Shown in pieces: positions 1 to 9,560 of a stretch of 64,000 bases of DNA (the stretch's first letter is position 1; every line of letters begins with the position of its first letter). The stretch comes from Hydrolagus affinis (lineage: Eukaryota), in NCBI GenBank assembly GCA_012026655.1, contig JAAILG010000012.1, forward strand, positions 62,001-126,000, written 5' to 3'. A program made the translations under genes and the position numbers. The notes beneath the pieces are model-generated. The model was not told the DNA's origin and searched no databases. It saw only the letters and a program-made list of their open reading frames with translations.

Positions 1-826
1 CACTGAGACTGCAAGAATGGAATAATGAATCATAAGTGTGGTAATCTCTGATTGTCGGTAAACTTACTGACCTCGTCAAAAACAGCTGAACCTTGGCAAT
101 CCAAGGAAAGAAAACTTTTTGCACGAATCATCTTATTTGTTGGAACTTCACTCGTTTTGCTCATATCCATTTCCTGGATGTTCTGGATAGAGATTCCGAT
201 GCCATCCAGCCAAGATGGTTATTGTTGAGCTAAATCTTTCATAGTTGTTTTAATGGGAGCTGTTGCAGTGACAGCCGTCTGAAGCGCAGCAAACTTGTCG
301 ATCATGTTGGCAGCTGGAAGGAAGTTCTGTGCCTGCCTGATTCATCACTTGTCTTAGTTGCCTGTCAGTTCTTAATACCGGTGCTGCAAGTGGGACTGTA
401 CTTCTTTCTGATCCTGCTTATGCTCCTGGAGGTATTGTGTTGTAATCTCCCAGAACAGATGGAGTTTATGCTCAACTGAAGCATCTTTGCCTGATAGAGC
501 TCCCAGTAGATAGGTACATGATGGATGGCATGCTGCGAAAACACAGAATAGCATAAGTTAGTAACCTACACCAATTTATCAGCACCACTAGTAGGTCATT
601 TACTTAGACAGAAAGGAGTAACCCAAAAATAAGCAACGACACTGGTCTCAACAAGCATCTTGATTTGCATTTTCGATGTTACGTTATGATGGAATTGCCA
701 TTGCAGGATCTGTGTTGGGTGGTCCGATCTCAAGATGGAGATGGTAGTCATCTTGAGTGCTCAAGTTCAAATTGTGTCACACTCCCATTTTTCAGGACAA
801 TGTAGTTAACATCACCTAAAGCATCT

Positions 827-944
827 TAATAATACTAAGAATCTTTGTGTTTGATGTAGCGCTTTTCCTTTCTTCTAGACGTCTCAAAGCACTTCACAGA
901 AAATACTGTAAAGTGAATTGACTGTATCTTTGTGGGCAAAATGG
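827..944 (-). mobile_element. tRNA-derived SINE, 3' fragment
   Basis: Matches the reverse complement of the family tail (TAGCGCTTTT..CTAGACGTCTCAAAGCACTTCACAG..GTAAAGTGAATTGACTGTA..TGTGGGCAAA). Confidence 0.85.
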
Positions 945-1515
945 GTTAAGAGTTATGACCGCTCAACGCCAAATCTACCTTTGCATTTACGAATCTCTGT
1001 TTGGCAATTTAAGAATATCTTTTAGCTGACGTGACTAAAATGTGCCCTATCATTTTGGGGCATTGCACAAATGTACACTGTACAGTACATTAATTGGCTG
1101 TGTGTTTCATTAAAAAAAATTAAATACTTGGCTGACTTTTAATTTCTGTTATAAGATTGCACAGCTTTGTGATATTCTGTGCAGAGCACATTTTTGAAAT
1201 ACAAAGGTTAATACACTGTGTGGTTTTGATTTGCTAAAATCACAAGTATGAAATTTCATGCATTCTAATCACAAAACCACCAGGACTGGTTTATATCTTC
1301 CCAACTTATATTGACCAAGAAAATTGGATGTTCGATGGCTGCATGGTTGGCAAAGCACACATAGAATTCACAAATAACATCCGTCAGTGATGTATTAGGT
1401 GGCAGGAGGCATGTAAGGTGGAGAGGAAGCATATCCTTGACCATCTATCTGAGCTCATAGTGTATCATGTCATTGCTTGTTAATCACAGATTGGAAGAGT
1501 CATTGTTTGTTGGAT

Positions 1516-1614
1516 ATAATAATAATCCTTGCAGTTAATATAGCGCCTTCTCGCGTTTTGGAAAAATCTCAAACGCCCCACAGAATGTACTATAAAGTAA
1601 ATGGACTGTATGTT
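1516..1614 (-). mobile_element. SINE 3' tail fragment, diverged
   Basis: (TAA)n-TCCTTGCA...CACAGAATGTACTATAAAGT directly before a full copy. Confidence 0.8.
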
Positions 1615-1618
1615 CTAA

Positions 1619-1941
1619 ATATAATAATCCTTGTATTTGATATAGTGCTTTTCACATCTTATCTACCATCTCAAAGCGCTTCACAGAATATACTGTAAAA
1701 TGAATTGACAGTATATTTGTGGGTGAAGTGTGGCACAGCAGCATCCCACAAACAGTCGTGGATTGAAATGACCAATTTTTATATTATTGTGTTTATTATT
1801 GTGTTTATCATTGTGATTATTATTAGGCGTGTGTGTGGAGTAAGGAAACTTGTGCAAGGTTTCGCCCTGATCTGCCTGGATTCGAACACAGGTCTCACAC
1901 TTGTAAGGCGGGTGCTCTAACCACTGAGCTGCAGGAGCTCC
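1619..1941 (-). mobile_element. Full-length tRNA-derived SINE (SINE2-1_CM-like), subfamily A
   Basis: Minus strand: A-box CAGCTCAGTGG, B-box GTTCGAATCC, Deu-like body CTGTTTGTGGGA..GCTG, (ATT)n tail. Confidence 0.93.
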
Positions 1942-3257
1942 GTGGGCGAGATGTGGATATAGGATAATAGCAGCTAAATAAGGATCTGACTGACTCATCA
2001 AGAATGAATGAAAGGTCCAAGTAAGGTGGAACAATGATGCAGAGATTAAATATAATGAACATCTTTTGAATCTGCATTTTGCATTATAAATGAACAGCTG
2101 CTAGTATTTAACTGTAGTCTAGCGTAGGTCTTGTACGGAGAACACAAGACAACAACAGGGGACATTACAGCACCTTTCAGAATAAACAAACAGCAAAAAA
2201 TTAACACAATATCACTAGCACCTTATGCTACATTCAACATAAGCCTCACTGCAACTCACCGTGCACAGATAAAATAAATAACAGATGTTCAACATTATCA
2301 AGGCGACAGTATTGTTCAGCGACCTCACCTATTTGCGTGGTGAAGGAGAAATCATGTAACATACTCGTGTTATATATCAAAAATGCAAGAGGTTTACTGA
2401 ATGCATAAATGATCTTGCTTGCTGTTGTATGGAAGAAATAGGATCCGAGCTGGTGAGCCTATATGGGTTTTAGTTTACCTTCAACTTTTCACTTACGGTG
2501 TCGTCTTGGATATGAGCGAGCTCCCATGAACCTTGAAACACAACTGAAGTACAGTATATTGGTGAAGCCCAGTGGGTACATTGTGGCTTCATTTAACTAA
2601 TGTAACTAAGTTAACTAACTTGTGGATTTAAGAAACATTAAAAAAAATCCTTTAAAAATTCCATAAATTCCATCTGAATTTAAGAGGTTTATCTCTCAAA
2701 TCTGAAATTACATATTATACATTAAGCAGAATCCAAGGATAATCTTTTGCTCCTGTGAGTTTGCAATAATCTGTTCAAGTGTCTTAAAATCCTGGTGGTA
2801 AGAGATAGCATGTTATCCCCTTTCAATTATAGCTAAACCAGATCCATCATTCTTCTTCAGTTTTTATAAACCCAGTCCTTGGCTTTTTAACTGTAATCAG
2901 CAAATCCAGGAACTTTCTTTACTCACAACACAGCTGACTCTGTTATTTCCCTGGTCAACAAATCAAACCAGAAGTGCACTTTGGTTGAATTTGTCTGCAG
3001 CTATTACCCCACAAACAATTGATGGGTCTCAGTTCACAAGACTCGTTTATGAATCACCATTTGCCTGTAAAATACAATTTGAGAGGAATAAATGGGATAA
3101 CAGATGAGTAAATTGGAAAAAAAAATAGTAATAGGAATGGATATCTGAAAGAAAAATGTTAAATGTGTTTTAAAAATGAGCCAAAACTAAGAGCAACAGA
3201 AACAGACCAAGTATAGAAATTCAAGCTTGAGATAGAACCAGAGAGAACACAGGAAAC

Positions 3258-3568
3258 ATAATAATAATCTTTGCATTTGATATCGCTCTTTTAACAACTT
3301 CTAGATGGCTCAAAGCGCTTCACAGAAAATGCTGTATAGTGAATTGACTGTATATTTGTGGGCGAAATCGGCAGCCAATTGCGCACAGCTGTATCCCACA
3401 AACAGTCGTGGATTGAAATGACCAATTTTATTACTGTGGCTTTTTTGGACGGATTATTATTTGGCGTGTGGAGTAAGGAAATTTGCCCAAAGTGTCACCC
3501 TGCCGGGAATTGAACCCAGGTCTCTCACTTGTAAGGTGAGCGCTCTAACCACTGAGCTACAGGGCTCC
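3258..3568 (-). mobile_element. Full-length SINE, subfamily B
   Basis: Head GGAGCCCTGTAGCTCAGTGGTTAGAGC, CTGGGTTCAATTCCCGGCAGGG, full body and tail. Confidence 0.93.
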
Positions 3569-3700
3569 ACAGTCCTTTTATTAGCCGTATGTATATGTAC
3601 TAACTGTTTTATTACCTGTACTAACTTTAAACTGTTGATAGAATTGGTAAATTGGACTTGTGGCTAAACATAACAAGGAGCAGCTGTGGTCGGTTTATTA

Positions 3701-4029
3701 AATAATAAAATAATAATCATCCTTGGATTTGATATAGCGCTTTTCACATCTTATCAACCTCTTAAAGCGCTTCACAGAATATACTGTAAAGTGAATTGAC
3801 TGTATAATTGTGGGCGAAACACGGCAGCCAATTGCGCACAGCAGTGTCCCACAAAAAGTCGTGGATTGAAAATGACCAATTTTATTATTGTGGTTTTTTT
3901 TTTGAGTGATTATTATTAGGTGTATGGAGTAAGGAAACTTCCCCAAAGCTTCTCTCTGATCTGCCTGGTTCAAACACAGGTCTCACACTTGTAAGGCGAG
4001 TGCTCTAACCACTGAGCTCCAGGAGCTCC
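3701..4029 (-). mobile_element. Full-length SINE, subfamily A
   Basis: Same architecture with the CAGGCAGATCAG spacer. Confidence 0.93.
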
Positions 4030-4355
4030 AAATGCAAATTTAACAAATTAACTTAACAATAACAAGTAGCAGTCCGCAGTACACTGTGTAATTGTATTCA
4101 AACCACATTTTTTTTCAAGGATGCACTGCAATAAATGCGTTTGTGAATCTATTGTTTGATTCATGCCTGAAAAGCGACCAGAGGTGCCTTTGAAGCTGCA
4201 GCTGAGCATTGATCAAACCTCCACAGAAAAGGAGAAGAGTGGCTGAAATCAATGCTAATCATAGATCAGCACAGCATATTAGCAGTGAACGATTTTCAGC
4301 AGAACACCACCAGTGGTTTAGGTCAGGGTACAAAGGGATATGGGGCAAGGGCAGC

Positions 4356-4683
4356 TAATTATAATAATCGTTGCATTTTGATATAGCACTTTTCACGTCT
4401 TCTAGACGTCTCAAAGCGCTTCACAGAATATACTGTAAAGTGAATTGACTGTGTGTTTGTGGACGAAACGCGGCAGCCAATTGTGCACAGTAGTGTCCCA
4501 CAAACAGTCGTGAATTGAAATGACCAATTGTATTATTGTTTGTTTTTTTGGAGAGATTTTTTTTGGAGAGGATTTTTTGGGGAGAGATTTGCAGAGGTTT
4601 TGCTCTACCTGGATTCGCCCTGACCTGCCTGGATGTCTCACGCTTGTAAGGTGAGTACTCTAACCACTGAGCTACAGGACTCC
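4356..4683 (-). mobile_element. SINE with rearranged head
   Basis: Full body and tail; ATCCAGG segment duplicated after the anticodon arm. Confidence 0.9.
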
Positions 4684-4966
4684 ACAATTAGAGTTGATTT
4701 ACAGACTTCTGGTGATTTATGATCTTCCACAATGGTCTACTCTCATTTCTATGTTCTATATTCTGTGTTTAATATTTGTTGAACGCTAGCCCTAGGAAGC
4801 ATTTAGTATCAGGCATATTTCATGTGAAATGTCATTTTTTTAAAAAAAATGTTTGTTTTGAATGTTTGCTTCTGCACAGGAATTTATTCCAAGCCCCTAT
4901 CCTGTGGCTTTCCCATTATCCTTTATTGTTTTGAGTCCACTCTTCTGTTCTTGGCATCAATTGCCT

Positions 4967-5039
4967 TCTGTGAAGCTCGTTGAGATGTCTAGAAAACGTG
5001 AAAAGCGCTAGATCAAATGCAAGGATTATCATTATTATT
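4967..5039 (+). mobile_element. SINE 3' tail fragment
   Basis: TCTGTGAAGC..GAGATGTCTAGAAAACGTGAAAAGCGCTAGATCAAATGCAAGGATTAT. Confidence 0.85.
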
Positions 5040-5413
5040 GTGAATTGTCTTCTGTGAAAATAGATAGTTTCCTGTATCAGAAGTAATCTCCCAGACTTGC
5101 CGATCACAATCTCTATATTCTACGGAGATTCACCTGTTTCCCTACCCAATGTTCCCAAGTGTTGCCAGTTCCTTCCTTATCAGCTCTAAGATGCTGGTGT
5201 ACAGCTTGTGTACAAATGACTGACCATGGCATTGAATAGCCCTATAAATACAGACTGCAAAAGTAACCTCCTAAGAAAATGAACCCAGTGATGGCATATA
5301 CATTACAGCAATACAAATGTATACATGTATACAACGCCTTTTACATTGGCATAATGCCCCAAAGCACTTAATAATACTGACTAGGCAAATTTACCGTGAG
5401 CTTTAACACAAGC

Positions 5414-5623
5414 TTAGATGAGTTCTATAAATTGCACAGCATCTAGTTTGAGTTTCTGCACATTCTCAAACATATATACTTTACTAATGATGTTTTTAAC
5501 AAAAAGTCTGTCAAAATCTTCTGTTTCATTCTGCTCCTTAGTATTCATAAGCTTCTCTCTCAGTTGGCATTTTGCCTCCCACTTTCTCAGGCATATTTCT
5601 TCACCAATACGTTTTGCCTGTGG
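5414..5623 (-). pseudogene. Decayed ORF with BESS-like C-terminal motif (possible PIF/Harbinger MADF-BESS relic)
   Basis: Manual translation between two stops: PQAKRIGEEICLRKWEAKCQLREKLMNTKEQNETEDFDRLFVKNIISKVYMFENVQKLKLDAVQFIELI*; resembles the D-x-D-x-L-F...QK...I-x-x-L-I pattern by eye only. Confidence 0.35.
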
Positions 5624-5725
5624 TCATCCATTGACGTGTGCTATACTCTTTAAGTGCACAATGGTCTGAGACTCAGAACATTTTGTTCTGGAGATTTTTC
5701 TCTCTGTCCTCCTCCTCCTCCCTGT

Positions 5726-6050
5726 GGAGTCCTGTAGCTCAGCGGTTAGAGGCACTTGCCTTAAAAGAGTGAGACTTGTGTTTCGAATCCAGGCAGGTCA
5801 GTGTGAAACCTTGGGCAAGTTTCTTTACTCAACACGTCGAATAATAATCCGTCCCCAAAAAACCTGATAAAAAATTGGTCAATTCAATCCACGACTATCG
5901 TTTGTGGAACACTGCTGTGCGCAATTGGCTGCCATTGTTCGCCCACAAATATACAGTCACTTCAATTCGCAGTATATTCTGTGAAGCGCTTTGAGACGTT
6001 TAGAAGACATAAAAAGAACTATGTGAAAAATGCAAGGATTATTATTATTA
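5726..6050 (+). mobile_element. Full-length SINE, subfamily A
   Basis: GGAGTCCTGTAGCTCAGCGGTTAGAG...TTTCGAATCCAGGCAGGTCAG...(ATT)n. Confidence 0.93.
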
Positions 6051-6255
6051 CTCCATGGACTTCACCATTTGTTCATCCACTATGAAAGGCAAATGGTTTA
6101 CTCCCGACGTGAAAGGCGTGCAGAAGACAACATTTCAGCCTGTGATGGTTTACAGTATTCGTCCAGAAACACAAAGCAATCGTAAGTCCCAAGTAATAAA
6201 AGCATCCTTCTTAACCCTCATAACTCTCTTAGCAAGAGAGTTATCTAGATGTTTT

Positions 6256-6332
6256 AAACAGAAACAGAAGTGGCCTGGAACACTCAGCAGGTCAGGCAGC
6301 ATCTATGGAGAGAAGACCCTTCGTGAGAACTC
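6256..6332. mobile_element. Penelope-like repeat remnant
   Basis: CTGGAACACTCAGCAGGTCAGGCAGCATCTATGGAGAGAAGACCCTTCGTGAGAACT resembles a common chondrichthyan Penelope-type terminal repeat (from memory). Confidence 0.6.
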
Positions 6333-7275
6333 TGAAACTTCAGGTGGGAAAGGCTAGCGACATAGCAAAGAATACATAGAGGAAAGAATTGAATAATACT
6401 GTATATCAAAGCTTTTGTATTTTTCTTTATTGTCCATTGTAATCAAACCTAATGTAGTTTCTGACCTAATAGCGCAGTGAAATAAATTGGGGCTATCTGA
6501 CTGGCGCTGTCCAACACAGCGGGAACACCCCACCCTCACCCAGGAAAACAGTGGATATTAAATTGAACTGGGGGTAAAAGTTTGAGAAATCCACTGTTTT
6601 TCTGTAATATTAACATTCTGTGTTAGCCACATCAATCCTGATATCACTGATGTGCGCCTCACTTGGGACCATGCCACCTTCATTCATCTACTCTGTGGAA
6701 GCCACTCTTCTCTGTCAGCAAAGCCACTGGCAAAACATGAAAGTAGGAAGAACAACAAACAATAGTGAGCAATATTACAGCCTGTCAATATTATAACTGA
6801 TACCCAACCTTTGCTCTCATATTCTTCACCCGTACCTCACTCACCCCTTTAATAAATCACTGCTTTATAACACACTGTAGATTGCACATTATCCTACAGA
6901 AAATACAGGGTTCGCTTTCTTTTTTTAAACGTGCAGCAAAAAACAGACGCTTTCTCGCCCTCTTGTTCCTGGGCAGAGGAGCAGTCAAATCACGTCGATG
7001 AAGAATATTGTTGCTGTCAATTTCAGAAGGTCAACTGTTGCCAATATTCCACCTCTCCATATCAGGCCACTAATATCTCAGTCACACAGGCAACATGTTA
7101 TCCTTTCCATTTCCTGAGATAGCATCGGACCAATATCACATTAAACTGGGCAATCTCAGCCGCTCAACTCGACACGAATGTCAGATGCGATAAGTTTGTC
7201 ACTTCTCGGAAATTGATCATTTCAGTGTCATTTGGCTTGTTGCTAGGAGTGGACAAGCCATTGAGTTAGCTTCAT

Positions 7276-7491
7276 TATAATAATAATACTGTAATAATAA
7301 TTATTACAGCAATAATGTAATATTACTGTAATAATTTGCATTTGATATACTGTAGTGCTTTTCATGTCTTCTACACGTCTCAAAGCGCTTCACAGAATAT
7401 ACTGTAAAGTGAATTGACTGTATGTTTGTGGGCGAAACGCGGCAGCCATTTGCGCACAGCAGGGTCCTCCACAAACAGTCGTGGATTGAAC
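7276..7491 (-). mobile_element. 5'-truncated SINE with expanded (TAA)n-like tail
   Basis: Tail plus Deu-like body up to GTCGTGGATTGAA; no tRNA head. Confidence 0.9.
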
Positions 7492-8394
7492 CATTGTTGA
7501 ATGAATATTCAGCCGACCCCGTCCCGGAAACCACACAACCAATTTTGTCGTTGACTTTTGATCAACTTGATCATTGCCACCATTTTCCTTTCGGTTTTTC
7601 TGACCAGTCAGTTGGTTTAAAAACAAATAATAAAGCCTTTTTCTGTGAACGATTTCTCACCTGTCGAGAAAGTGTAGCAGCCGATGAGAACAGACACGGG
7701 ATAAATACTTTGCGCTGTTCAATGAATGTAAACGGTAAATTAGAGTCTTAACTCTGGGCAAATCAGATAGTTGAAGTATAAATAATAGATATTAGTCCAA
7801 CAAAGGATAGTGTTGGGGGAATTATCCAAATTAACTGTTCACTGGTGATGTCCATGTGCAGGTCTCTGCCAGCTAATATAATCTGAACATCTGTGCATTG
7901 CGCTAAAGTAGCGAAATGATTCATTGGACCTCAGTGTCGGTCATAAATTTACAATGGATGCGGGGAGAGACAATGTTGCGCAAGAAACGGGATTGTGCAC
8001 GACACAGATATGTGAATGCAGCTGCTTATTGTAAAAGTTAATTGCTGCAATGCCACTGTAACCTGTAAAATGTACATTGAATTTAATTTGTGCATTTATT
8101 GCAGTGTTGAGCCACTCAACCTCAAACGTGGGAAACGGCATCAATGATTGTTTTCAATTACAATCCCCGAATCCATATTCATATTGGCCGGGTTTCGCCC
8201 AGTGGCGAGGCCTGCCGTTGGCGGAACCGATTTGCATCCATTGTCCAACAACTAATTGTACAGCTCTGCGAAGCAGGCATTGTACAGACAGTTGCTCTCA
8301 CTTGCTGGAAATTACTGTAAAGCCTCTGACATCTGTGGATGTACAGTGGATCTGTGTGGGGGACAGTTTGTGGAGTTTCACGCCAGGCTCTTTG

Positions 8395-8560
8395 TGATAA
8401 CCAACCCTAATTATTGGGCTGGCACCTGTCAATCATCGGTGTCTGTCTCCCTGCTGGATCCTGAGAGCCAAACTACCACATCTTGGTAGCCTTAGGGTCA
8501 GTTGTATGAGATGCAGCTGATCGACAGGTGAATGTAACCTGGCACTAATTAAGGAACGGG
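8395..8560. promoter_or_regulatory. Candidate enhancer with Pbx-Meis decamer and E-boxes
   Basis: CTGTCAATCA at 8426-8435 (TGATTGACAG on minus) overlapping CACCTG; CAGCTG, CAGGTG and TAATTA nearby; motif evidence only. Confidence 0.4.
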
Positions 8561-8852
8561 ATGAAGCTTGAGTTGCAAAATTCATTTCTTGTTTTTTTAA
8601 TAAACAGTTACCACGATGAATGCGTTAAGAAACACTGCAAGTGTCGCTCCAATGTGGTTTGCCTCGTCAGAAGTTCTTTCTCAATGGCTCACGGCTTTTC
8701 TTCGAAGACATTCTGTGCGGTATATGCACACACAACGCGATTGAGTTATTGCTTTAATGTCCGTCTCCGAACTTTTGCTTCTGCATTTGAATTTACATTT
8801 GCACAATGGGTCTGGAAATAGTCTAATAAATGAAAGTATAGGAACACATCAG

Positions 8853-8900
8853 TGTCAGTATGGCTACGTTGGCAGCATTCTCACTTCTGAGTCAGAAAAA
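8853..8900 (+). mobile_element. SacSINE1-like DeuSINE head fragment
   Basis: TGTCAGTATGGCTACGTTGGCAGCATTCTCACTTCTGAGTCAGAA matches the head of the 9119-9560 copy. Confidence 0.65.
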
Positions 8901-9118
8901 TATGTTATTACAGCATAAATCCACTCGAACTTTGAGCAAAACAGGCTTCGCACCAACTAATCTTCATTATTATTTACATAAATGATCATTGCCTCTAGTC
9001 CAGAATATTGCGATTTGAAACTCTGGTAGATTCATTAGAATTTGTGGATAAATATTTTCAGGAACTAGAGATGTAGATTTAAACTGATCTCGTTTGTTGC
9101 TTTTTTTTTGTGATGCAC

Positions 9119-9560
9119 AATAATCCTTGCATTTGAATTGATTGTGGTACTTTCCAAGTTTTGGAAAAGTCTCAAAGCGCTTTGTAGGATTTACTGTGAA
9201 GCTCAGCGGTTGTGTGTTTTGCAGACAAACATGGCAGCCAATTTGTGCATGACAATGTCCCACAAACAGCCATGACGTGTACAATCGATATTACCAGAGG
9301 AATTGTTGGCCAGAACACCGAGCAAAATCCCTTCTCTGTTCGAATAGCGTCATGGGATCTTTAACATCCACCTGAACAGGCCGATGGGATTGCAGGTTTA
9401 GCACCTCATCCAAAGGACATCACCTCCAGCAAATTAGCGCTCCCTCAGTGCTAAGTGGAGTTTCAGCAAGACTAGGTGAGTTAGCAGTCCTGCTGTGGGA
9501 CTTGAATCTACAGCCTTCTGACTCAGAAGCAAGAATGCTATCAAATGATCCAGGCTGACA
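9119..9560 (-). mobile_element. Near full-length old DeuSINE (SacSINE1-like)
   Basis: Minus strand: TGTCAGCC..CTTCTGAGTCAGAAGG head, CACTGAGGGAGCGCT, CAGGTGGATGTTAAAGATCCCATGAC Deu core, GCTGTTTGTGGGAC, L2-type tail. Confidence 0.85.

Noticed and set aside
2497-2531. Minus-strand 35-nt exon before GTAAGT
   Set aside because: Weak exon-side donor and AAG acceptor, not frame-preserving, within chance expectation
6845-6893. Minus-strand coding exon (TTTTCTGTAG..GGG|GTGAGT)
   Set aside because: Stops in all three frames; at most a non-coding exon
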